Positions 12,696 to 25,400 of a stretch of DNA of 64,000 bases are shown in pieces. Position 1 is the stretch's first letter, and every line of letters starts with the position of its first letter. The position numbers and the translations under genes are program-made. The notes under the pieces are model-generated. The model worked only from the letters and a program-made list of their open reading frames with translations. It had not been told where the DNA came from and ran no database searches. This DNA is from Gracilinanus agilis (taxonomy: Eukaryota): assembly GCF_016433145.1 (NCBI RefSeq), contig NC_058135.1, positions 276,750,211 to 276,814,210 on the forward strand, in the 5' to 3' direction.

Positions 12696-15559
12696 GAGGG
12701 AAAGAATAAGAACATTCTTTTAACAATACACTGTATGGAAAAAAATATGCTTATCACTGGGGACACAAATAGAAATGGATGATGATCCCTACTATGAAGA
12801 TGCTTATGTCCTAATAGGCAGAAGCATCAAATACACAATGTCTCAGCTATATGTCATATGAATAAACCTTGTATTACTTAATAATGAAGCATATTGTAAT
12901 TCATCTTCTTTAATGTGGTTCCAGTAATAAAATTAAAGTTGATCTAATATTGAACTGTAGTGCCAAGAATATTGCTGATATATAAATTTCATTTCTGTGT
13001 CATGTTGTGCGTCTGAGATTTCTAATAGACATATGGCATTTCAACTTTCTTGTCCATCATTGGAAGGTGGTTATCAGTGGATGTCAAGGATTTTTCACTC
13101 ATTTTAACAGTAATAGCTCCCCTCAACAATGGATTGAAGAAGCTTTCCATATCAGTGTACCAGACCAGAAAATAAGATTCAAAATATTTCAAAGCATTTT
13201 CTGACTCAGACGACTACTTAACTCCATGATCACTAGGCACTCTATATCTGATTTTGTGAACCTTGGCTTAATGTAATTTCTCACCTTCATATTTCAGCCA
13301 TGCCAATGAAACTGTGTACTCATTCCTGATATACCTATATATACTGGTAATAGAGTATTAAAGACAGAATTCTTCCAGTTCTGAAGAATATATATTCTTA
13401 GCCTCTTCCTATTGAATTTTTCATTCCTATAACTTCATTGTATGCTATGATCAGGAGATATTTTGATTGCTTTCATAATTTCAAGGTCTCATATGAAGTA
13501 TATTTTTCCTCTTTATTTATATTTAATAGTTTTGGGTAAGGACCAAGGTTATATAATTTAATTCTGAAATAAAGCTATCTTATCAAAGATGAGGGAAATA
13601 TGAGTTTCATACTGAGTAAATAATGGTTTCTTAAGTTGGTACTCAATAAATTTCATACCTAAATAAAGAGTGAGACATCTTCCATAGCCATCTCCGGGTT
13701 TTTTTTTATTTTTTTGTTGTTATGGATGCTATGAAAATATGATCATACCTTTGATCTTGATTAATCACTAGAGGTGAAATAATTCATGTCTTAATATTTA
13801 GAAGCCTCCAAGGTTCCTTATAGAGCATACCACATTTCCTCAAATCCCAAAGAAAATAAATAATGGTACAAATTACAGTATGTGGATTTAAAAATGTAGA
13901 AAATATACTAACAAAAATTATTCCAAACTTTGTATACCTTAAATAATAAAAAGCTCATAGGGAGACAACTGATTTTTCCAATATTTGGAATTGAAAAATA
14001 GGACAGGGTGCTTACTTATTTTAAGACATGATATATGTAAGATAAAAGCCAGGAAACCTCAAATTTTCTATGAATTCTATGAGTTTCTTTAATTATGTTT
14101 CATCATATGTTTTGACTATAGTGTACCCCCATGGGACAAATGTAAAATTGAGCCAGAATTATTTTCAAAATGACTTCTGGCTTTTCTTTTGAAAGTTTCA
14201 TGGATTAAAAAAATGGGTTACTTTTCAATGGTTGACTTGTTCATCTGTTTTGAGGTGATATGCTGTGGTGCACTGAACTCTCTTGTAGCATGAATTAAGT
14301 TTGAAACCTAGATACACTTGGAATTCTGGGCAGACGCATTATGATAAAAAAAGGCATTCACACAGAAAAGTTCATGTGAGAGCAGAGTTGGTAAGATTAG
14401 TCATAAGATGAAGTACTAGAGAGAGCCAAAAATGAGTCATCACTGTTGAGTTTGTACCTCGAATTAGAGAGAACTTATTACATTAGTAACACCAATATGT
14501 CTATGGCAACATAAATACATTACACACATTTTTATTGAGGATATCATTATAATTCTGTATTTGAAGAAATGTACTAACATTCTAAAGTCAAAATTCAATA
14601 AGAATACATTTTAAGAAAATAATACCTTCACAATACCAATTGAAGAGTAAAACCAACAAGACATTACATTAAAAAATTTGTACAATATTAACAAAATGTT
14701 GGACCCACTAGGATCCAATGGAGATCTGGGTGGCAGAATAGATTTCTACCTACTGGTTCCTTTTACTGGCTAATGGAAGGACCAATGAAATCCTGAGGCC
14801 AAGTTGGCTTTAGAAGACTATGACATATTTAAAGTACTAACCAGAAGTTTACTCAGCCCAACTATTATCTAATACTCATTCCATTATTGGATATATTATG
14901 ATTCCTTTTGTTTCTGTGTCTGAGAGGTGGGAGTTTGGAGTAGTGAAGAGTGGTGACTTTATTCCTGAAATCATTATACCAGTGCCATGACAGAAAAAGG
15001 AAAAGGAGCACATGTCTGATCCTTGATTCTTCTGGGGAATCAACATCATGAAAATTCTTCACTCTTGGATAAATAATTTTTTTAAGATCTTTGGAAAAGA
15101 CTGTGTAAGCAAGAATCAAGAAGAATTGGACTGATTTCTGATGTTTAACAAATATTACATGAATTATTAAGGAAAGATCAGTACACATAAGATCAATTAT
15201 TTGAGATCTCTTATTCCTTAAGAATTTTTGGAGCACTGAAAAGCATTTTGATAGAAATTAGATATAGACTAGCACATTATAACATATATCATGCAAGGTA
15301 TAAAATGGATTTATGACTTGGATATAGGAGGTTGCAATTAAACAAAAATAAATAAATAGATAAAAAACTAATAAGAAGAGAAAAATAACAAGTTACATTT
15401 TCATAGATAAGGCTATGAACCAAGCAGTTGACAAATATTTATGAAGCCGATTCTCCACTACACATTGCAATTGACATGAGTGCAAAAACAAAAATGAACC
15501 AATAAATCAATTTTTGAAGTTTAGTACTTTCAAATGTCATATAGAATATCCTGTAATCA

Positions 15560-16530
15560 CTGTTGCATATACTAGAATTAGAGGATAAAATAGAATGTGA
15601 AAAAAAATTAACCAATCACCTGCTAAAATAGATCCCCAAATGAAAACTCACTGAAATGGTATAGCTAAATTCCAAAACTCCCAAGCTGAAAAATAATATG
15701 TTCTACAATCAGTGAGGAATAAACCACTTAAATATTGTGGAGTCACTATCAAGATTACACAGGATTTGGGTAGCTGGGTAGCTCAGTGGATTGAGAGCCA
15801 GGCCTAGAGAAGGGGAGGTCCTAGGTTTAAATCCAGCCTCAGACACTTCCCAGCTATGTGACCCTGGATGAGTCACTTGATCCCCATTGACCACCCTTCC
15901 CACTCTTCTACTTAGGAGCCAATACACAGAAGTTAAGGGTTTAAAAATGTAAAAAAGAAAGAAACCAAAAAAAAAAAAAAGATTACACAGGATTTATCAA
16001 CTCCTACATTAAAGGATTAGAGGGCTAGGAATATGATACTCCAGAAGGCAAAAGAAATAGAATTACAACAAAAATAATCTAATCAACCAAACTAAATGTA
16101 ACCATTTGGGAAAAATCATATTTAAGGAAATAAAGGATTTTCAGGCATTCATGATAAAAAACATGAGTTTCAAAATTAATATCCAGTATTCTAAGTATTA
16201 TATCTAAGAATATTTATTATATCTAAGAATATTTATTAAACTAGCATAAAAACCAAGAGCAAAAAGCCACTTCTCAGACCACACATAGAGAAAAAAGAGA
16301 AAGGGGAAGCAATTACAGCAGACTTATACATAACATGACCATGCAACATGGTACAGAGATCAAAGGAATTCTTGGAAATTCTAAGAAATGCTGGGGTATG
16401 TAGTTCAAAGGCACAAAATCTGCATTCATACATACTCCCCTGGATCCTTTGGGAGACCAGTCTCCCCAATGAATATTGGAAAGTTAATCAACTTAAAACT
16501 TACAATCATTTGTGGATAAAAGGGAAATAA
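15560..16530 (+). mobile_element. Old L1 ORF1 fragment interrupted by a SINE
   Basis: atcaagattacacaggattt...ggaatatgatactccagaaggcaaaag matches L1 ORF1 C-terminal sequence. Confidence 0.65.
15768..15980 (+). mobile_element. SINE1_MD-like SINE
   Basis: A/B-box head, A tail, 17-bp TSD aagattacacaggattt (15751-15767 and 15979-15995). Confidence 0.92.
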
Positions 16531-17452
16531 AAGAGAAAAAACAAAACCAATGATTGCTATATTGACAAAAAGTCAATTTTGGGGAAGTCCACTTTGGCAT
16601 AAAAGTATACATTCCAAACAAACCCCCCATGGTTCAATTCAGTACATCCCACAGTTCACTCTGGATCTTCTGCTGAAGCCTTTGGTCTCTGCAGGCATCT
16701 TCATTGCACCTTCTCTAATCAGGTTTGCCTTCTGGATTCTGGGAGGTAGTCTCTTGTTCTAAATTAGCCTCAAATTCAAATGAAAGTTCAGAACAATGAC
16801 TTAGTCCTCTCCCCCTGAGAAGGATAATAACATACAAAGGGATCACTCAGGGATACATGGCTGTGTTATGAGGTATATGAATCAATTGCAAAAGAAAATA
16901 GAAAACATCCAAAAATCAAAATAAAAGAGAAAAACTCACCTGTGGATGAAATAAAAAAAATATCAAAGTCTTAGGTCTAAAAAATCAAAATAAAGGAAAA
17001 ATAAACCTTTAATGGGTCCTTGCATCAGGGCCCAATTAAAGCAATTTTTGTAATTATGAACTTTCCCAAAGAATAGCCAGGACTATAGAAAGTTTGTCAT
17101 ACAATGAAAGACAGAAAAGGGACTAGATTTTAGGAGCCGGGATGGCAGCCAAAGTGAGGTGGTTGATGGAGCTCATGGATGTCCCTGCCTCTTACATATG
17201 TCAAAATAGTCACAACCTCAAACCCCACACAAGTTCAAGTCCCCTTGTCTTGGCTCAAAATTTCATCAATACCACCTGGATTGGTAGGTCTCTTTGACCT
17301 TGTGTTTGATAGACATTATGCAGGTTAGCTTTGTGCTTCTTTGGCACTCTGCAGTGGTTCTTTTTTTCCTTTCTCATGGAATCAGACATAATCATTAAGC
17401 AAATTCCTATAATTTTTAAAATAATCAATGGCATCATTTCTATAGTCTAAAG

Positions 17453-17622
17453 CAGTGATGGGCAAACCAGATCCAGGCCATTGTTTGCCCATCACTGCCT
17501 TAAGTAATTCCCTATTCACTACATCTGGATGTGGGGGCATGCTGATTAGGGGATTGCTTAAGGCAGTGATGGGCAAACTATGGCCTGGATCTTGCCGGAA
17601 GGGAATAATTTGCCCATCACTG
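17453..17622. mobile_element. hAT (Charlie-type) MITE, 170 bp, four TIR copies
   Basis: TIR CAGTGATGGGCAAA at both ends; perfect 8-bp TSD gtctaaag (17445-17452 and 17623-17630). Confidence 0.88.
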
Positions 17623-18454
17623 GTCTAAAGCATTGTTTGGGGTATGCAGTGACATTAAAGTTAATGGACATTTTTAAGCTCACCCTAGTGCAAAACCAAA
17701 AAAAAATAAAAATAAAAAACAACTTAATACTGTTAACATGTGCTTTGACTTCAAAAAAGGAAAGAAAAAAGAAAACTCAAATACTGTATTGCACATGCAG
17801 GAAGAAAAACAGCAATAAAAATGTTTTAAAAATCAAAAATATATAGCTTATAATCAGTGACATACTCTGTCAGCCAAAGAAAGATAGAATACAAAGGTTT
17901 CTCACCCAAAATGAGATCCATTTCCTTTTTTAACTTGGCCATGAATAACTGTGTGAGTACAAATCATTTTCACAAGGTAACAGTTTTTATAAAACAGTAA
18001 TTAAGTAGATAATGCACATTCAAAGAACATATCAATAATTCCCCAAATTCACAATAGCCCAGTTAATAACAATAGCAACCAAAACCATTAGCATTAGCAT
18101 TTACATGAGTTTCTATACATTCACTTGCTGTATGACAGTTAAAAAACCATTGAACTGATGGATACTTGTCACAAATTCTACAAATGTAGCAAATATTTCA
18201 ACCATGACAAAGATATTTTAAACAAAGACTATTATTGCCATTTTTTCAAAATTTGGTAGAAGTGCCTAGAAAAAGAACAAATCTCTTTACTGCTGATGAA
18301 AGCCTTTTGGAGTCTAACATTACCGAGAAATCTGGATTTTTCAGGTGAAAGTAGATTAAATTGAAGAGTTAAAATATCGTACATGCAGAAGCAACTTTTT
18401 GCTTTATGCTTTATATAAAAAACTTTTGGGTATAGAAGAGAGAGAGGGGGAAGA

Positions 18455-19164
18455 GTTACAGAATTTATAAACAGAAACATAAAGACGCATGTAAACGAAG
18501 AAGGGAAAAGGAATTTTGGGATGAAGAAAGAATTCTGGGACATGAAGTCAATGTAGAAAATTATCTAACTATACCAACCAAAATAAAATTAGAGTTGAAT
18601 TGAAAATGTAACTTTCAAATGTAAGACTCCAGAGAAGCATAAAATGACCAACAGAAAAGAGAAACCATGAAGGAAATGAAAAATTTAAATGTTTACATAT
18701 ATAGATAAGAAGATGTCATTGGAACTTCTAAAATTTTTGTTTTTATTAGGTAATTAACAGTACTCAAAGAGGGAAAGCATAGGTGTGAGATGACCATGAT
18801 GGGAAGATTTCAAAAATATGAAATTAAGAGGTAAGAAAAAGGAATGCATTTAGAGAAGGGTAAGGAAGAGGAAGAATAAGGAAAATCACCTCACCTAAAA
18901 GAGTTTAAAAAATGAAGAACTTTTTTCATGGAGGAGAAGGCATAGGGTAGTGGGGAGGGTAGAGGCAATGCTTGAACTTTAGTCAGAATTGGCTCAAAGG
19001 TGGAATAACATATATGCTCTGTTGGATATAGAACACTATCTTACCCTATAGGAAAGTAGGTGTAGAATAGGATGGATAGAAAGGAAGGCAGATTAAGGGA
19101 TGTAGTGGTAATAGATGAAACAGGCTTTTTAGGAGGGAATGGTTAAAAAGAGAAAAGGTTAAAA
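18455..19164 (+). repeat. Duplication block B, copy 1 (old L1 ORF1-end/spacer sequence)
   Basis: About 90% identical by eye to 54395-55090; match ends at aggttaaaa. Confidence 0.85.
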
Positions 19165-19470
19165 GAAGCCAACTATGATGTGGGGAAATTAACATTATTC
19201 ACTGGTTAAAGTCCTTAATAAAATGGTAACAGATAACAAAATTAATTAAAAACTAAAATCTAGCAATATGTTATTTCTGAGGAACATATTTGAAAAAATA
19301 GGGGTCTGGAGTAGACTCTATTTTGCTTCATCAGAGGTTTAAAAAAAACAAGGATAGCTATCATGATGGCAAATAAAGTAAATGTAAAGAAAAATTAGTT
19401 AAAAGAGATAAGCAAGGGGAACTACATTTCCCCAGAAAGTACTTTAGACAATGAATTAATGTCAGTACTA
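18455..19470 (+). mobile_element. Old L1 ORF1-end/spacer/ORF2-EN fragment
   Basis: Purine-rich spacer followed by EN-like aaaagagataagcaagggaactacat. Confidence 0.65.
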
Positions 19471-20164
19471 TTATAGGGAAATTAAAGTACATTTTTTCAT
19501 ATAATTTGGGCTTCCCTGATGGATCTCAGAGCTTCCAATGTGGACAGATAAGGGACCGGAAATTGTTTTGGAAAAAAAAAATATCAAGCACTAAATACAG
19601 GAAATGAAGGGAACAAAGAGTAAGTAATTAAATATATATCTGGAACTAGGGTAAATGATTTGGAAATATTATTTGTTCCTCACAGCAACCATGCAATAAG
19701 ATGCTATTTTAATGCTTACTTTATAGTTGAGAAAGCTGAATGAAAGAGAAGTTAAGTTATTGGCCCCCAGGTCACATAGTTAATAAGTTTCTGAGGCCAA
19801 ATTTGAACTTAGCCCTTCTTGACTCCAACATGCCAAAAGCTGCCCCTTTTTTATGTGTCTTCATTTATATAAACAAAAAAATGTCTTTACATGGATAATT
19901 ATCTCATTACTTCAGTTGATCATTTAACAAATCTCATGTAAAGCAATTTTTACATAACAAAAATGTATCCCTCTATAACCACTTCACTTAGTCTATAACA
20001 AAGTCATATAAAAATTATACCTTTATGCAATTTTCAAAACTTACTAAAATGGAGACATTAAATACTATACCAAGGTAAATAGGTTTATGAAATGAAAGTT
20101 AAAGTTAATAACAAAGTATCCACAGTATTGTACACTAAAGTTGACAATGGTTTGCAGATTCTTT

Positions 20165-22330
20165 TCACTTCCTTTTTCCTTTAGTTTGATGACTTTGAGA
20201 TAGAGACCTAGCACTAGTATTGTTGGGTCAAAGGGAATTTACAATTTGATAGCCCTTTGGGTATCATTCCAAATTGTTCTCCAGAATATTTGGACAATTT
20301 CACAATCCAACCAATGGTGATTTAGTATTCAAATTTTTCCATATCATCTTTACCATTGATCATTTCCCTTTTCTATAATATTAGCTAATCTGATCAGTAA
20401 AAGTTAATAACTAAGAGCTGCTTCACTTTGCATTTCTCTAATTTGTAGTGATTTAGACCACTTATCTTGTGCCTATAGATAACTGATTTTTTTTTCTAAA
20501 AACTATTTATATCTTTTGGCTATTTATAAGCATGTGAATAGTATTGATTTTTATAAATTTGACTCCATTATTTTTATATTAGAAAGATGAGTTATTTTTA
20601 ATGGCTACAATTTTATTTGTTTATTTTCCCATTTAGATGTAAAACATTTAACATATTCATTATTTTAAAGTTTTGAGTTCTAAATTATCTTCCCATTATC
20701 CTTTTCTACCTCTGACCCTCTCTCCCACTTCTGCCCTGTCCTCAAAATGATAAGCAAGCTATTCGAGACTTTGCATGTGCAATCATGTAAAACATTTTTA
20801 TATATTAGTCATTTCGTGTTAGGGATCTCAAATGAAAAAGAAAAAAAAGTGTAATATAGAATGTTTCAGTCTTCAGTCAGACTCCATCAATTCTTTCTCA
20901 GAAGGCAGATGGTATCTTATACCATGACTCTCTGGGACTACCTTGGTTCACTGTATTAATCAGAATAATTAGGTCATTCAAAATTGTTCCTCAAAAAAAT
21001 AATGCTGTCATTTTGTTCAGTGTTCTTCAGGTTCTCCTAACTTCGCTTTGCATCAATTCATATCTTTCTTTTTCAATTTTTTTCTGAAATCATTGTTTGT
21101 CCATTCTTAAGGCACAATATTATTCCATCATACTCATATACCACAATTGGTTAAATTATTCCCCAATTTATAGACAACTCCCCAATTTCTAATTGTTTAC
21201 CCCCACAAAAAGAACTGCAATAAATATTTTTGTGTAAATAGGTCCTTTCTCCTTTTTTTTATGTCTTTGTTATATAGAATTAGAAATAGTATTTATGAAT
21301 CAAAGGCTATGGACAATTTTAGAGTCCTTTGAGACTCTAAATTGTTTCAAACTGTTTTCCAGAATGGTTGGATGAACTTACAATGTCATCAACAGTGTTT
21401 TAGTATCCCAATTTTCATGCATTACATCCAATATTTATCTTTTGTCCTTTTCTGTCATATTAACCATTCTGATAGGTGTGAGATAGTACCTCATAATTGT
21501 CTTAATTTGCATTTCTCTAATCAAGAGTGATTCTAGAGCATTTTATATGACTATGGATGGCTTTGATTTTTTCATCTGAAAACTGTTGATATCATTTGAT
21601 AATTTATCAGTTCAAGAATGGCTTATATTTACAAAACAAATTTGACTTAGTTCTTTATATATTTGAAAATTAGAGTATTATCAGAGATTCTTGATGTATT
21701 TTTTTCCATTCAGCTTTGTTTTTCTTCTAGTTTTTTTTTATTTTAGTAAAAAGTTTCCAAATAAGTTTTTCAAAGTTATATGATCTATATTGTCTCCTTC
21801 CCTTCTTCATTCCCCACTCCTCAAGGTGATAAACAATTCAATCAGGATTATACATATATTATGACATAAAAATATTTCCATATTATTCATGTTTATAACT
21901 GAATAATTTTATAAAACCAAAACCCCAAACATATAACCAAATGAACAACAAATATAATACATCATATGTTTCCATCTGCATTTCTACTGTAAAAGTTCTT
22001 TTTCTTAAAGTAGATAGCATTCTTTTTCATAAGTCCCTCAGAATTGATCTGGATCATTTTATTGCTGTTAATAGCAAAGTTAATCACTGTAGATCCTTCC
22101 AAAGTATTTCAATTACTATGTATAATGTTCTCCTAGTTCTGCTTATTTCACTCTGTATCCATTCATGTAAATCTTTCTAGCTCTTTCTGAATTCATCCTG
22201 TTCATCATTCATTAAGACACAATAGTATTCCATCACCGTCATATACTACAATTTGTTCAGCCATTCCCCAATTAAGGCACAGCCCTTAGTTTCTAATTCT
22301 TTGCCACCACAAACAGAGTAGCTTTAACTA
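20165..22330 (-). mobile_element. Stack of three older L1 3'-end fragments (about 20165-20590, 20595-21700, 21728-22330)
   Basis: Repeated L1 ORF2-end/3'UTR phrases such as ccattccccaatt, ccagaatggttgg and ttgcatttctcta, each with a T-rich tail on the left. Confidence 0.75.
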
Positions 22331-22406
22331 TTTTTATACAAATAATTCCTTCAAGCAGTGCAGGCTTGAATGAACCAACAAATATGGACTTCTGAACTTC
22401 ACTTCA

Positions 22407-25400
22407 TTTCATTTTAATTAATTTATTATTATTATTTTTTCTTTTTTTTAGTTTTAAACATTTATTAATATTCATTTTTAACATGGTTACATGATTCATG
22501 CTCCTACTTTCCCCTTCACCCCCCGCAATCCCCCCCCCCATGGCCGACCCACATTTCCACTGGTTTTATCATGTGTCCTTTATCAAGTCCTATTTCCAAA
22601 TTATTGGTAGTTGCATTGGTGTGGGAGTTTCGAGTCCACATCCTCAATCATGTCCACCCCAGCCCAGGCGTTCAGGCAGCTGTTTTTCTTATATGTTTCC
22701 TCTCCTGCAGTCCTTCCTCTGGATGTGGGTAACGTTCTTTACCATGAATCCCTCAGAATTGTCCTGGGTTTTTGTATTGCTGCTGGTACAGAGGTCCATT
22801 ATATTCGATTTTGCCATAGTAAATCAGTCTCTGTGTACAATGTTCTTTTGGCTCTGCTCCTATCACTCTGCATCAGTTTCTGGAGGTCTTTCCAGTTCAC
22901 CTGGAACTTCTCCAGTTTGTTATTCCTTTTAACACAATAGTATTCCATCACAAGCATATACCATAACTTGTTCAGCCATTCCTCAATTGAAGGGCATACC
23001 CTCCTTTTCCAGTTTTTTGCCACCACAAAAAGAAACAGCTATAAATATTTTCGTACAAGTCTGTTTATCTATGATCTCTTTGGGGTACAAACACAACAAT
23101 GGTATAGCTGTATCAAAGGGCAGGCAATCTTTTATAGCCCTTTGAGCATAGTTCCAAATTGCCAGCCAGAATGGTTGGATCAGCTCACAACTCCACCAGC
23201 AATGCATTAATGTCCCAATTTGGCCACATCCCCTCCAGCATTCATTACTCTCCCCTTCTTTCATTTTAGCCAATCTGCTAGGTGTGAGGTGATACCTCAG
23301 AGTTGTTTTGATTTGCATTTCTCTAATTATTAGAGATTTGGAACACTTTCTCATGTGCTTATTGATACTTTTGATTTCTTTACCTGAAAATTGCCTATTC
23401 ATGTCTCTTACCCATTTATCAATTGGGGAATGGCTTGATTTTTTATACAATTGCTTTAATTCCTTGTATATTTGAGTAATTAGACCCCTGTCAGAGTTTT
23501 TCATCATAAAGATTTTTTTCCCAATTTGTTCTTTCCCTTCTGATTTTGACTACATTGTTTTTGTTTGTACAAAAGCTTTTTAGTTTAATATAATCAAAAC
23601 CATTTAATTTACATTTTGTAATTTTCTCTAACTCTTGCTTGGTTTTAAATTCTTTCCTTTCCCAAAGATCTGATAAGTATACTATTCTGTGTTCACTTAA
23701 CTTATTTATAGTTTCCCTCTTTATATTCAAGTCATTCACCCATTCTGAATTTATCTTGGTGTAGGGTGTGAGATATTGATCTAAACCTAATCTCTCCCAT
23801 ATTGTTTTCCAAATTTCCCATCAAATTTTGTCAAATAGTGGATTCATGTCCCAAAAGTTGGGCTCTTTGGGTTTATCAAACACTGTCTTGCTGATGTCAT
23901 TTACCCCAAGACTATTCCACTGATCCTCTCCTCTGTCTTTTAGTCAGTACCATATTGTTTTGATGACTGCTGCTTTATAGTATAGTTTAATATCTGGTAC
24001 TGTTAGGCCCTCTTCCTTCACATTTTTTTTCATTATTTCCCTTGATATTCTTGATCTTTCGTTATTCCAAATGGAATTTGTTATAGTTTTTTCTAATTCA
24101 GGAAAGAAGTTTTTTGGTAGTTTGATAGGAATGGTGCTAAATAGGTAAATAAATTTGGGTAGAATGGTCATTTTTATTATGTTAGCTAGTCCTGCCCATG
24201 AGCAATCAATGGCTTTCCAGTTGTTTAGATCCAGTTTTATTTGTTTGGATGTTATGATCTGAGAAGGTTACATTTATTATTTCTGCTCTTTTGCATTTGC
24301 TTGCCATGATTCTGTGCCCTATAACATGGTCAATCTTTGTGAATGTACCATTTGCAGTTGAAAAGAAGGGTATTCCTTTTTGTCCCTATTTATTTTTCTC
24401 CACATGTTAATTAAATCTAATTTTTCTAGGACTTCATTCACCTCTCTTACCTCTTTCTTATTTATTTTTTCATTTGATTTATCTAGATCTGACAGAGGAA
24501 TATTTAGATCTCCCACTAGTATGGTTTTACTATCTCTTTCCTTCTTGAGCTCTTCCAGTTACTCCTTTATGAATTTGGATGCTATGCCACTTGGTGCATA
24601 CATATTGAGCAGTGTTATTTCCTCATTGTTTATACTGCCTTTAATCAGGATGTAATGACCTTCCCTGTCTTTTTTAATCAAATCTATTTTTACTTTGGCT
24701 TTGTCAGAAATCATAATAGCCACTCCTGCCTTCTTTTTCTCATTTGACACCCAAAAGATTTTGTTCAAGCCCTGAACCTTAAACTTGTGTATGTCCACCC
24801 GTCTCATATGTGTTTCTTGTAGACAACATATGGTGGGATTTTGGTTTCTAATCCACTCTGCTATTTGCTTCCGTTTTATGTGAGAGTTCATCCCATTCAC
24901 ATTCAGCATTATAATTATCAGCTGTGCATTCCCTGACATTTTTGTATTCTCCCCTATTCCTACCCCTTCTTCTTAACCTATTTCCTTCTAAACCAATGGG
25001 TTGCTATTAAGCTGGTATTCCTTATCCCCTCCCTTGATTGACTTCACTTTCTACCCCCTCCCTTGTTATTCCCCACGTTTTGTTTTGAAGGCCTAATAAA
25101 TTCCCTCCCCCTTCTTCTCCCCTCCCTTTTTTGACCTCCCCACTCCCCTGCTCCCCTTGGTTTATCCCTTCTGACTTTCTCAGTAGGGTTAGATAGAGTT
25201 TTATATCCCAATGGATAGTATAGCTACTCTTCCCTCTCTGAGTTGATTATGCTGAGAGTAAGGTTTAAAAATTACCTCTTGATGTTCTCTTCCTCTCCTT
25301 CTTATAATAGTATTTATCCCCTCCCCATCCCATGCCTTCTTTTTGTGTCATAGATTATCCTATTTTTCTTATTCACTCAAGTTTCTCCTGGTGTCCCCCT

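Larger units (their letters stand above)
4254..13513 (+). repeat. Segmental duplication block A, copy 1 (contains OR8K copy 1)
   Basis: Colinear with 55088-64000, about 90% identity by eye; shares MAR1/LTR, SINE, the 680-bp tandem and a second LTR. Confidence 0.95.

Noticed and set aside
14865-15236. 123-aa ORF and possible retroelement remnant; also RTE-like patches at about 16600-16760 and 17130-17250
   Set aside because: Too degenerate to assign without a database search.
15768-15845. tRNA-like A/B box sequences
   Set aside because: These are SINE heads with tails and TSDs, not tRNA genes.
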